Shown piece by piece: positions 14,122 to 25,935 of a DNA stretch of 64,000 nt. This stretch comes from Eledone cirrhosa (taxonomy: Eukaryota): positions 364,498,001-364,562,000 of the forward strand of contig OZ024743.1 of NCBI GenBank assembly GCA_964016885.1, given 5' to 3'. A program made the translations under genes and the position numbers. Position 1 is the first letter of the stretch; each line of letters begins with the position of its first letter. The notes below the pieces were generated by a model. That model worked only from the letters and a program-made list of their open reading frames with translations, made no database searches and had not been told where the DNA came from.

Positions 14122-15081
14122 TCATCGTTTAACATCCATTTTTCCACACTAGCATGGGTTAGATGAGTTGTCATGTGAGAAATGCCAGGTCAGGTTGACC
14201 ATGTCTTGCTCATACAGAACTGATTCTGGCTTGGTTTCAACAGTTGGATGCCCTTGCTAATGCCAACTATATTTACAGTTAATACTGGGTGCTTTTTGTT
14301 GTGACACCTACAACCACTTTAGAGTATGGATGTGTGTGTGTGTGTGTACATATATATATCCATATAAATGAGATAATAATGGTGTACTTGCCCCCAGCAA
14401 GAGAGTGCCATTATGAGAGATTGATGAATGAGGAGAATGCATGGGAAGAAGATAGTTTGTCCCAAGTGGACCCAACAGAAGGACCAGCTGTACAAGTCTG
14501 CAGCAGTGTATAAGTAAAGCAATTTAGGATATGAGGACATGCAAAGTAGCTGGGCCATCGGAATAGTTACCATGATGCTGAAAGCATCTGGGACAGTAGG
14601 ACACATTTCATCATCATCACTTTTACGTCCATTTTTCCATGCTTGCATGGGTCTGCTTCAACACAGCATCTTTCCACTCACTGCATTCCCTTCGCATTCC
14701 TCTGTGAGTCTTAGTGATTTGAGATCAGCACTCACCAATTCTGCTCAGGTTTTTCTTGGTCTATCTTTACTGTGTCTTCCTTCCACTGGGATTTCCTGGC
14801 ACTTCTTCACCCAGCAATCATCATCCATGCACATCAGATGTAAGTACTAACACAGTCTTCTCTCTTGCATACCACTTTGGTGGTATATGTTTTCATATAC
14901 ACTTATTATGCTTAAATGCTACCGCAAATTAAATATAACTGGCCAAACTCGCACTATATGCAAATGACTACTTTAGCTGATGTTTTCTGTTTCTTTATAT
15001 GCAAACGAGCATCTCCAGCAAGTGATCATCATGCATATTTCTATATAAAGTATAGTCTTTTCATGCCAGTATGCTCTAACT

Positions 15082-15132
15082 GAGTGTCACTGATGAAAGA
15101 TTAACAAATCTTGAAACAGCTGTCTGACATTC
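15082..15132 (+). ncRNA. Minimal type I hammerhead ribozyme motif (Penelope-type)
   Basis: GAGTGTCA-CTGATGA-AAGATT(AACA)AATCTT-GAAA-CAGCTG-TC-TGACATTC. Intact core, 8-bp stem I with one G-U, perfect 6-bp stem II, palindromic stem III. Confidence 0.75.
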
Positions 15133-16789
15133 TCGGAATAAGCTAGCAACTCAGTGATATATTCACCAAGGAAAATAGAGAAAAATATAATTTTTTTCTG
15201 TTTTGTTTCGTTATGAAAAAATGTATTTTTCTTCAGCAGCGAGGTTACTCATATTTATTGAATCTAAAGAATATAAACAGACATACTCAAAATTTGGTAT
15301 GGTGGACTTTCAAGGTTAACAGTACTTAACAGAAGTAGCAAGAGCAATGAAATCAGGCAAAGTTGCTTTGTTTGGTAAGAAGGGAATAGCAACAGTAAAT
15401 AAGTTGTGGTGAGATATAGCTATAAATACAACAGAAACAATTGCCTAACTATATGCAGTCATGAACTTCTTTGATGGCTTATTGAAAATATCAGATACAT
15501 TTTACCTAGGTGACAATGTTGTATAGTAGTGTAATATGGGCACTGAATGCAGAGGATGTAGGAAGGCTGGTAAGAAATGAAACAAGCATGCTCTGATGTA
15601 TGTGTAATGTTAGTGTGCATTAACGATGGCAGTTGGGTGGAGAAGTGCCAGTAGAGCCACTGGAAGGAAGCTGTAGGGAAAGAAAGACCAAGATATGGGC
15701 AGAAATGGTGAAAACTAATCTAAAAAAAAAGACAACCTCAAAAAGGGAAACAATGTTTCAGAAGTCTCACTCAACCTATTCATGTAAGCATGGAAAACAA
15801 ATGTAAATGATGATGACTATTTTTGCTGGACGGGATTTATTTCTATATGAAAAGCAGGTTATATGAGACAGTAATTAGTGGTGGAAACAAAGGCAGATCA
15901 CACAGAGGATGTATAACAAATAGAAAAAAGTGAGTTAAGTATATTGGATGTGTAATAACTTATAAAATAAAATTTAAGAAAATCACTGTCAGCCAATGCT
16001 AATATAATGAAGAGAATAACACATTAATAGTGAATAATGTCATTGGTAAAATTATGCCAAAGAAACTCAATAACTAGTGGAGACCTGAGAACACTGGGTC
16101 TTACAGATACAATTAGCACATGATCAAATTGAATGAAGATGCTGTATCACAGACCAACATAGAATCATGAGGTTTCAGGTTCAGTCCCCTTGCATGGATC
16201 TTTGGTAAGAGGTTTTTTTTTTTAGTAAAATTGGGTAGATAGAAACTGTTTGGAAGACTATTCCTCTTATTCAAAGGCAAGCCTGTATCAACTGAATCTC
16301 TTTCAGAATTGTGTTAAGGGTACACATGTTTGCAAAGTGTTCATATTGTTATCACACTGATTTAATAAGTGGACTATTCTGTTGGCTGAACAACTGAAAC
16401 AATTATTGTCAAAATCAATAGTGGTTCATTATCTTTTCTTTTCTTTTTTTATCACAGGTCATTAAAAACAAAACAGGTTTCGAAATAAGAAAAACAAATA
16501 AGACAGAGTTATGAAAATGAGCTGAATTTGAATATTTAAAAAATGATATGTTGGAAGAACCAGAACCAAAATAAACAAATTCAAATTAACATATCACTTA
16601 TTTCATGTTAGAAAAGGGAGCATTTTAAGCGACCCCTAAAAATAAAATTGAAACAACCCAATTTTCATTATTAATCCTAACATCCAACCTTGCACACTTG
16701 CACCTCTCTAAGACAATGTCAATGGATTGAGATCTTTGGCGTCACACAGTAATACAGAAAACCCGCCTTCCCGACATGCAAAGTTAACC

Positions 16790-17178
16790 TACAGTCAGTA
16801 GGCCTCTCCAAACCAAACACACCCCAACCCACTACCCTACTCCATCCTCCCACTCCCGCCAACACCACCCTTTCTCTATAAAGTTATGTTGGTACCACAA
16901 AACATCCAGTCCAAACTAATGAGGTTGTGTAGGTGTCACGACAAAAAAAAAAAAAAACACAGTCCACGCTGTAATGTGGTCGGGTAGATAACACGGTAAA
17001 AAGCTCCCAGTCTACACTGTAAATGTGGTTGGTGTTAGGAAGGGCATCCAGTCGTAGAAAACCTGCCAGATAGTCCTATACAAGCGAGACACGGTCACCC
17101 GACCAATCTTGCCTCAAGTGGGGCAACTCCCGTCTAACCCATGCTAGCGTGGAAGATAGATGTTAAACGATGATGATA
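16790..17178 (+). mobile_element. RTE 3'-UTR fragment with (GAT)n tail
   Basis: Matches the 3' UTR of the RTE copies at about 62120-62470 and 32553-32940. Similar pieces lie at about 14118, 18690, 19740, 25935, 26135 and 28826. Confidence 0.8.
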
Positions 17179-17232
17179 TCTACTCTTCAGTTGATTCTAC
17201 AATAATGTTTATATATATATATATACCTCTAT

Positions 17233-17596
17233 GGAGGCACATGGCTTAGTGGTTAGAGCATTGGCCTTGCAATCGAAAGGTTGTGAGTTCAATTCTCAGA
17301 GACCGGGTGATGTGTTGTTTCCTTGAGCAAACACTTTATTTTACATTGCTCCAGTTTACTCAGGTGTAGAAATGAGATAAGGACTGGGGTCCCTATCATT
17401 CCACTGCAAAAAAAAAACCACCCAACCCACTCTGTAAAGTGGACGTGTAGGCGCCACGGAAAAAAAGCACCCAGCACTCACTGTAAATGAGGTTGGTGTT
17501 AGGAAGAGCATCCAGCTGTAGAAATCAAGCCAGAATCAGTACCCATCCCACCCTTGCAAGCAGAGAAAAGTGGACGTAAAATGATGATGATGATGA
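17233..17596 (+). mobile_element. tRNA-derived SINE with CORE-like centre and RTE-derived 3' tail
   Basis: A box TGGCTTAGTGG, B box GAGTTCAATTC, central CCTTGAGCAA-ACACTTTA block; the tail is shared with the RTE 3' UTR and ends in (GAT)n. Confidence 0.85.
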
Positions 17597-17949
17597 TTTA
17601 AATGACAATCAGATAAGAACTTTTTTCAGGGCCTGCGTGACTGATAGGAAGATGTTTAACATTATCAATAAACCTTAAGGATTAAATGTCATGCCATTTG
17701 TGAATCCCAGTCTACTTTGATCTAATCTAACGTTTTCTAAAATTTCCATTCAACTACTGCAGTAGTTGAATGGAAATTTATCCTTAAGGTTTATTGATAA
17801 TGTTAAACATCTTCCTACCAGTCCGCAGGCCCTGAAAAAAGTTCTTATCTGACTGTCATTTAAATCATCATCATCATTTTACATCCACTTTTCCCTGCTT
17901 GCAAGGGTGGGACGGGAACTGATTCTGGCTCGATTTCTACGGCTGGATG
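17509..17949. repeat. Local inverted duplication (arms about 170 bp) with a perfect 40-bp palindrome
   Basis: 17509-17682 is nearly the reverse complement of 17780-17949; 17740-17779 is AAATTTCCATTCAACTACTG|CAGTAGTTGAATGGAAATTT. Confidence 0.9.
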
Positions 17950-20850
17950 AAACCTTTTGAAATAGCATTCCATGGCCAGATGCCCTTTCTGAGGCCAACT
18001 ATTATTTTTTTCTTTTTAAAGTGTAACTTATATTCTATTGATTTTCACCCATCAAACTGCTCATCTGCAGGACAAACTAATGGGACTCATTTCTCTAATG
18101 GTGAACATGAAAATCTACATGGAGAAAAACACAAATATATCTATATATAACTTTCTGCAGTTTCTGTCTACCAAATTTCACTCAAGGCATTGTTCAGCTT
18201 GGTGCTATATAGTAAACGACACTTACTGGTGTCACAATAAAATGCATCCAGTACAGTCCATATAGTGGTTGGCAAATGAGTAGAGAAAATGTAAGATTGA
18301 GAGTATCCCTTAGTACTGCTGAGGACATGACAACCTCTCTAGTGCTGGTGTCACGATAAACTTCACATTTGTTAAAGTAATGGTATTAGGAAGGGAAAAC
18401 CCACCAAAAATGGAATGTTTTGAGAGAGATGTAGTTCATTGACATGTCTGGAATGAACTGTCCAATACATGCTAGTGTGGACAATCAGGCATAAAATGAT
18501 GATCACAATAATATACACAGACACACACACACGACTGTGTCTGCTTGTCCTCATGTGATCACTGCTTTAACTGTTTATGTCCTCCAGTTTAGAAGTTCAA
18601 CAGGGGAAGATCAATGGAATAAGTACTCATCCAGCTGCCAAAATGCCAACCAAATTTACAGTTCTATCTGAGCAAGGTACACACACACACATCATCATCA
18701 TCATCGTTTAACGTCCATATTCCACGCTTGCATGGGTTTGGACGGGAGTTTTCCCACTTGAGGCAAGAGTGGTTGTCTTGCTCGCATAGGACTGTCTGGC
18801 GGGTTTTCTACGGCTGGATGCCCTTCCTAACACCAACCACATTACAGGTAACATATATATACTAATTAAAAATAAGTGTTGGCCATAGAATAATGCTTTA
18901 AAAATGTCTCCAAAAAGAGGTTGGAAAATGATGATGATGATATATATATGTCTCATTTGCATTTATTCTAAACAAAGTGAAAAACATTTCTGGATATTTC
19001 TAAACCTCCTACACTCAAATAATATAATGTAACAATGACAGGTTTCATATATCTTAAGGCAGTATTATACAACCAGATGCCTTCTTGGTGCCAACCCCTT
19101 TAGTCGCCACTTACAACTCACAGGGATCTGGTGTATCTATCCTAAACTAGATACAGACAGAGCTTATGCTAGCATGGAAGATGGACATTAAACGATGATG
19201 ATGATGATAACCTTAATTATGATATCCAAAATACAGCTGCTGCCTTTAGTTTCAATTCTTTAAATGGAATTTATTTGATAGTACTTTCTACATGGTAACA
19301 TTCATTACAAAATTAAATTCATCTCATTGCCTTTTGAAGCTCTCGTAGACTGCTCACACCTATGCAGGTTCAGCTGGCCTCATAAGATGTACTATCTCAT
19401 TGGAAGTTTCTTGGGTGTATGAAATGATAGGGTTCCCAGTTCTATCATGAAAAGCAACATGAAATGAAATGTTTTTCTCAAAACAACACACTGCCCAGTC
19501 TCAGAATTAAACCCACAGCCTTATAAACATGAGCCTAATACTTTAATTACTAGGCCACATGCCTTCACTGAATTTCAATTACAGAAAATGGAAATATATG
19601 AGTACAGAGCAAGTTCTAGAAAAATACAGTTAGTTAGTACTTTTGTCAAAGATACAACCTAAAGAAAGAAGAGCACAGGTCATTACAGAAGTTACAAAAG
19701 ATACACAAAGAGAGCTTGGCAGTATTAATTTCTTCATGTGAGTGTATCATCATTATCCTCATCACCGTTTTACGTCCATTTTCCATGGGTTAGACAGGTC
19801 ATCCACGTCATGAGACAAGTCTGGCCAGTTGGCCCATGCTCAGACAGAACTGTAAATTTGGCTGGGAGTTTTACAGCTAGATGCCCTTCCTAATACCAAC
19901 CACATTTACAGTTTTAATCAAATAGATCTGTCTTAGATGTTAGTATTAGTAGTGGTGGTGGTAGTGTGTAGAAGGGTGTATTTGTGTTTTGTAAAAGATT
20001 GCCTACTGTTGGATCTGATATGAAAATCCAGCTTTTGGAGCATGTAGGAATCTCCAAAAGAGATTGCCGAAGACTTTTAGGCCTAGCCTATATAGAGAGT
20101 ATGACAATTGGAATGACATTACTTATAAGTAAAAGGTGTAAATTCTGTTTTGTTTCTAATATAAACTTTCCTTTGAGTAACTGAAAAACAGTTTTTCCAC
20201 AGATTTTTAAAAGTATAGTTTTGACCAATTTGAAAACATCTTAATTCAAATTATATTTCAGAAAAGAAACAATTTCACCTTAGACAGCAGTACTAAGTGA
20301 TCTACTGTCTCTTTCTCTCTCCACCTTTTTGTGCTTTTAATAAACGCATGCACTGCATTTTAATGTGACATCACTACAGCTACCATCACTACATTCTAGA
20401 TATGTGCTTGGAATATATCAAGCTCACTCGTTGTTTCAAACATTTCTTTTTTCATTATGGCAACACATCACAGCAAATATATTTCTTTAGCTTCATCAAA
20501 TAGGTTTTCTTAATACCTCAAAGATAGGGTTAGAATATAATTTAGGAATGCTTCAGTTCTCTTGTTTGTCGTGTACATAACAGTGTGTTGAATGTGTGAA
20601 TATAAATATATTTGTGTGCATGGAATAAAACCAAAGTTACTAATTTATAGATAATTGTAAAGTAATTTTTGTCTGAATTTCTGAGATGAAGAATTATCAT
20701 AATTATGAACTGATACATTCAAACTAGTGTACTGCTCTTGGTTATTATAATGACATTTTGGCTGTTGTAGCCCCCGGCCTTCTTTGGGTGTCTGTCATAT
20801 TTAGTAAGTTTCTCTAAATTTGAAACAACTCTTTAAACACCCTGGTTTAA

Positions 20851-21050
20851 CCCTTTAACGTTCAAACCGGCCAGAATTCTCTACCTCTTTCTTTTGAAAC
20901 TGGCCACTCATACTGATGTTAAGGTATTGTTCTCAAAATAAATACTTTCAAAATCTCATAGATTCGATATTATGTGAGATAATTATGCGAGATAAGGCCT
21001 TTACCACAAAAATACAATGGTGTATATAGAGTAATATAAATGCTAAAGGC
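20851..21050. mobile_element. piggyBac-like MITE, inverted second copy of the 10351 family
   Basis: TTAA|CCCTTTAACGTT...AAATGCTAAAGGC|TTAA; the interior is a reverse-complement match to 10351-10564. Confidence 0.8.
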
Positions 21051-21376
21051 TTAAATAAAGGTTTTACTTTTAAATTCTCAGAACATTAAGTAGCTGAAGT
21101 AGGTCAAAGGGCACAACAACCAAAACATGATTATATAAAAATAAAGATATGGGCAATTGTCCAAATAAACCAGTGACTTATGATTGTGAACTAATATTGA
21201 TAATTAACAATAAACTTCAATAAATGTGCAAACATTTTGACAAAAAATATATATAAGTAGATGATAAATTATACTTTTACCATCAAATTAATATTGCGAA
21301 AATGTATAAATATATATAGATACTGATAAAACCTTTTGTGCATGAGAACATTTTAAAATATAAAGTTAATAATTAC

Positions 21377-21438
21377 TTCTGATTGAGCAGCTCTCTGATA
21401 GTGTCCATTGCGTGAAGGCCGGTGAACATAAACATTAC
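21377..21438 (-). CDS. DNAJB12: DNAJB12/14-like exon (GNVYVHRPSRNGHYQRAAQSE)
   Basis: Acceptor tttcttttccag and donor GAA|gtaatt; 62 nt, phase 1 to 0. NVYV follows the FGGGFP motif, as in homologues. Confidence 0.88.
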
Positions 21439-21928
21439 CTGGAAAAGAAAATAAGCAAATATTATTTTAGTTTCAAAGAATGGGATAAAGACCATTTTAC
21501 ATTCACTTTCCATGCTGGCATGGGTTGAACAGGTTCTTATGATCCAAAGCAGTTCTTATTCAGAGTTACCTCTCCGAGAGGGGTTGAAGGACTAAGTCTC
21601 CTTTGTATGTTCCAGCAGATGGATGCGCTAACACCAACTACATTACAGATTATACTGAGAGCATTTTATCATGGCACTAGCACTAGAAAAGTTGTTACCC
21701 CCATGAAGTTACTAAATCGTCCTCCCAACCTTACATTGCCTCCATTTGTTAGTCAATCACTTTACAGAATATACTGGGTACATTTTATTGACACCAGCAC
21801 TAGCAATAGACAATAATACAAATTATCTATTTCGGTTTCAATCTTTCTCTCATGCAAAATCTTGATCAAGAATAGAAATTCATTTTTCAAATTAACATGT
21901 ACAATCCAGTGTGTGTGCGTGTGCGTGC

Positions 21929-21980
<52 letters not shown>

Positions 21981-21982
<2 letters not shown>

Positions 21983-22325
21983 AGGCACATGGCTTAGTGG
22001 TTAGAGCATTGGCCTTGCAATCGAAAGGTTGTGAGTTCAATTCTCAGACCGGGTGATGTGTTGTTTCCTTGAGCAAGACACTTTATTTCACATTGCTCCA
22101 GTTTACTCAGCTGTAGAAATGAGATGCTAGGGATTGGGGTCCCTATCATTCCACTACAAAGTGGTCATGGAGGTGCCACGGCAAAAAAGCACCCAGCACT
22201 CACTGTAAATGAGGTTGGTGTTAGGAAGGGCATCCAGCTGTAGAAATCAAGCCAGCATCAGTTCCTGTCCCACCCTTGCAAGCAGGGAAAAAGTGGACAT
22301 AAAATGAAAATGAAAATGATGATGA
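21981..22325 (+). mobile_element. tRNA/CORE-like/RTE-tail SINE, second young copy
   Basis: Head nearly identical to the 17233 copy; preceded by a (TA)n tract at about 21932-21980. Confidence 0.85.
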
Positions 22326-22584
22326 TATATGTATGTCAGGTCACTCTTAAGTGCTACTGGTAACATGTAAACCAGTACAACCTGTCGCATGGTCGGCTCA
22401 TCGGCGACTAAACTGGCAACCCCACCAAGTTTATTTGGTGAGGAGGGTGATTTTGGACACTCTGCAGGACAAAAAACAAAACCTGACAAAGGGCGGAAGA
22501 ACTCATAAGAGTCAATGGCTATCCAAAAATGTGTAAATATATATATACACATGTATGTATGTGTATGTATATATGTGTGTATAT

Positions 22585-25500
22585 GCCTGGGGTGTCAGGG
22601 AGGGGCATGTACCTCTGTAAGGGGGAGGGGGGGCTAGCCATGCCCTTTTCAGTCCTGCATTGGGTCCCACCTGACACTCAGCTCTCACCTGTGGCCCTAA
22701 GAAGCTGTAGCATGCGACAGCGGCCACACCCCTGTAAACTGCCTTGGCTGGCGGGCCGAACCAGGCTGAGGATAGTCGGACAGGTCGCTGTGCACTGGCC
22801 CTCCCACTATAAACCTTTCCTGCACAGGTTTCTTCTTTAGCGTGCACTCCCAAAGCCCTGCGGCGATGGGCGAGAGGCGGAAGTAACCTCTGGGAGTTGC
22901 CAGTCTCAAACCCACATGTAGGCGGCCTGGATGCGCAAGTCATTCTCCTCCTGACCCTGGGATGACAGGAGATCAGGCATTCCACTGGGCAACTGAGCAG
23001 CCCTTTTCAGGGGAGCACTGCTCACCCTCGCACGAGGAGAGGGGCGATAAGAGGAGCCCTAACCTAACCAAATGCTCGTCCCACACAAAGCTGGCGGTTT
23101 TACCCTTCAAAGCCGTTGAAACCAACATAATAGAAAGAAGTACTTGATTCTTGGTGCATGGAATGTGCTCACCCTCATGGATAGGGAAATCTCCTTGAGG
23201 CCAGAGAGAAGAACTGCCCTCATCGCGAGGGAATTAGCTCGCTACCAGATCGACATAGCGAGACCAGACTCACCGAAGAAGGATCAATAGCAGATCTGAA
23301 AGGAGGCTACACATTCTTCTGGAAGGGCAATGCAAAGGACGAGGACAGAATCCACGGGGTAGGCCTGGCCATCAGGACTTGGCTCTGCAAGCAAATACCA
23401 GACCTCCCAACACCTGTGAGTGAGCGGCTGATGAAGCTCCACTTCCCCCTCAACCCATCTCGGCATGTCACAGTCATCAGTGCGTACGCCCCCCCCACTA
23501 TCATCAGCAGTGATGAAAAAAAGGATGCTTTCTACAGGGAACTCAACGCACTCGTGAAGGGCGTCCCCCAAGCGATAAATTCATCCTACTGGAGGACTTC
23601 AATGCAAGAGTCGGGTCTGACAGCAGCAACTGGAGAGGCGTGCTGGGATCTCATGGCACAGGGAAACTGAACTCTAATGGCCTCATACTGTTGAGTTTCT
23701 GCGCCGAGAACAACCTCACGATCACCAGCACACCAGAGCATCATGATGCGTTCGCGCAAGATCTGGACGGCTGGCTGACTGCTCATGGACCACTGACCGG
23801 ACCCCCAACTCAACAGTAGGACCAGTTCAGGTTGCTGGTGACAGAGTCAGCCAAGGCAACCATCGGGCCGAAGAAGAGAGTCCACCAGGACTGGTTTGAT
23901 GAAAACGATGGGCACATCAGACAACTCCTGGACGAGAAGAGGAGGGCTTTCATTGAGTGGCAGAATGACAGCTCCTCCACTTCGAAGCGCAACCGCTTCA
24001 AGCACCCCCAGAAGCAGACCCAAGCAGCGCTACGCAGAATGTAGGAAGAGTGGTGGGAAAAGAAGGCCAAAGGAGTCGAGAGATATGCTGACACAAAGAA
24101 CTTCAAGATGTTCTTCAGCACCATCGGGGACGTCTACCGACTCCCCCAAGCCCGTCACTACACCGATCCTCTCAGCTGACGGCTCGACCCTGATGAAGGA
24201 GAAGAGCAGCATCAACTCGAAGTGGAGAGAGCACTTCAGCAACCTGCTCAACAGGCCCTCCACTGTCAACCCTGCCGCCCTGGACCAGGTCCCACAGAAA
24301 CCCGTAGTCGATCGAAATGATCTTCTCTGTACGTCAGGTGCAGGAGAAGTGTGTCGAGCAGAACATGGACTTCTTTGCTGTCTTCATAGACTTGACGAAA
24401 GCCTTTGAGACTGTCAACAGGGAGGTCCTCTGATCGATCCTGTCGAAGTTTGGATGCCCGACAAAGTTTGTGAACCATATACGGCAATTCCATGACGACA
24501 TGACCGTTCAGGTGCGCTCGGGCGGAGAAGCATTGGAGCCGTCCGGAATCACCAACTGCGTCAAGCAAGGATGCGTGCTGGCTCCTGTCCTCTTCAACCT
24601 GTTCTTCAGCTGTGTGCTCAATCATGCCGTCAGGGACCTCGAGCACGGAGTGTATCTGCAAGACAGACTGGACGGCTCCCTGTTTGACCTGCAGTGCCTG
24701 ACGGCCTAGACAAGGACCGTGCAGAAGATCGCCCTGGAGGCACTTTTTGCTGACGACTGTGTCCTCATAGCCTACAGGGAGTCTGTCCTCCAAGTCATCG
24801 TCAACAAGTTCGCGGAGGCCTCCTGCCTCTTTGGTCTCACAATTAGCCTTGGCAAGACTGAGGTCCTGTTCCAGCCTGCACCTGCCTCCATTGCCCACCC
24901 TCCTTCCAACTCCATCGGAGGCACCCAGTTAGAGACGGTGGACGACTTCAAGTACCTCGGCAAGAAGCCTCGACAAGGAGATAAACGGCAGGATCTGCAA
25001 GGCCAGTCAAGCCCTTGGCCGCCCGAGGACACGCGTCCTGAACCAGCACAACATCAGGTAGTCCACCAAGCTCAAGGTGTACAGGGCCGTTGTTCTCACC
25101 AGCCTCCGCTCCGGATGTGAGACATGGACCCTGTACAGAAGGCACCTGAAGCAGCTGGAACGGTTCCACATGCGCAGCCTGTGGTCAATCATGAACATCA
25201 AATGGCAGGACAAGGTCTCCAACATCGAAGTTCTTGACATGGCTGAGACAACCAGTGTCAAAGCTATGATACTGAAGAGCCAACTTCGATGGGTGAGACA
25301 TGTCATCCAGATGGACAATCACAGGCTTCCGAAGCAACTGATGTATGGGGAAGTCTGTTCGGGGAAACGAAGCGGGGCAGGCCTCTCAAGAGGTTCAAAG
25401 ACTGCGTGAAGTCCAGTATCAACAACACTGGAATCGCCCCAAAACAACGAGTCTCATGCTTAGGACAGGACTGAGTGGCGAGCCCTTACCAGACGCGCCA

Positions 25501-25717
25501 AAGATTCTTTTGAAGAGAAGAGACGGGCAGAGGTCACCAAGTCCCGTGAAAGGAGGAGAAAGGCATCAACAGCTGCCCCAAGCGATTCTGGTCTCTTCCC
25601 TTGCCCCACTGTCCCTGGACCAGCAAGTCAAGGATTGGCCTCCACAGCCACCTTCGTGCCCACGGCAGACAGGAACTGAAATAAAGATGTCATCATCGTT
25701 TACGATGGACAACCAAG
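22585..25717 (+). mobile_element. RTE-BovB-like LINE, near full length but internally deleted and pseudogenised
   Basis: 5' UTR; APE motifs LILGAWNV, ERRTALIARELARYQIDIA, SAYAP and LEDFNARVG; RT motifs DLTKAFETVNRE, VKQGCVLAPVLFNLFF and LFADD; C-terminal CPHC...SHLRAH. Visibly GC-rich and flanked by TA/CA microsatellite. Confidence 0.92.
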
Positions 25718-25748
<31 letters not shown>

Positions 25749-25935
25749 ATGTATATATACACACATATATATATATACACACATATATATATACACACAC
25801 ACAATGTATATATACACACATATATATAGACATACACACGTATACACAAATACACACACACATGTATACACACACGTATATACACATACATATATATATA
25901 TATACACACACACACATACATACATACATACATAT
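25718..25935. repeat. Compound (TA)n/(CA)n/(TACA)n microsatellite
   Basis: Read directly from the sequence. Other (TA)n tracts lie at about 14076-14118 and 63490-63511. Confidence 0.95.

Noticed and set aside
17233-17310. tRNA genes here and at 21981, 12270-12352 and 58950-59040
   Set aside because: A and B boxes are present, but the sequences continue into SINE core and tail, with no complete acceptor stem or T-run terminator.
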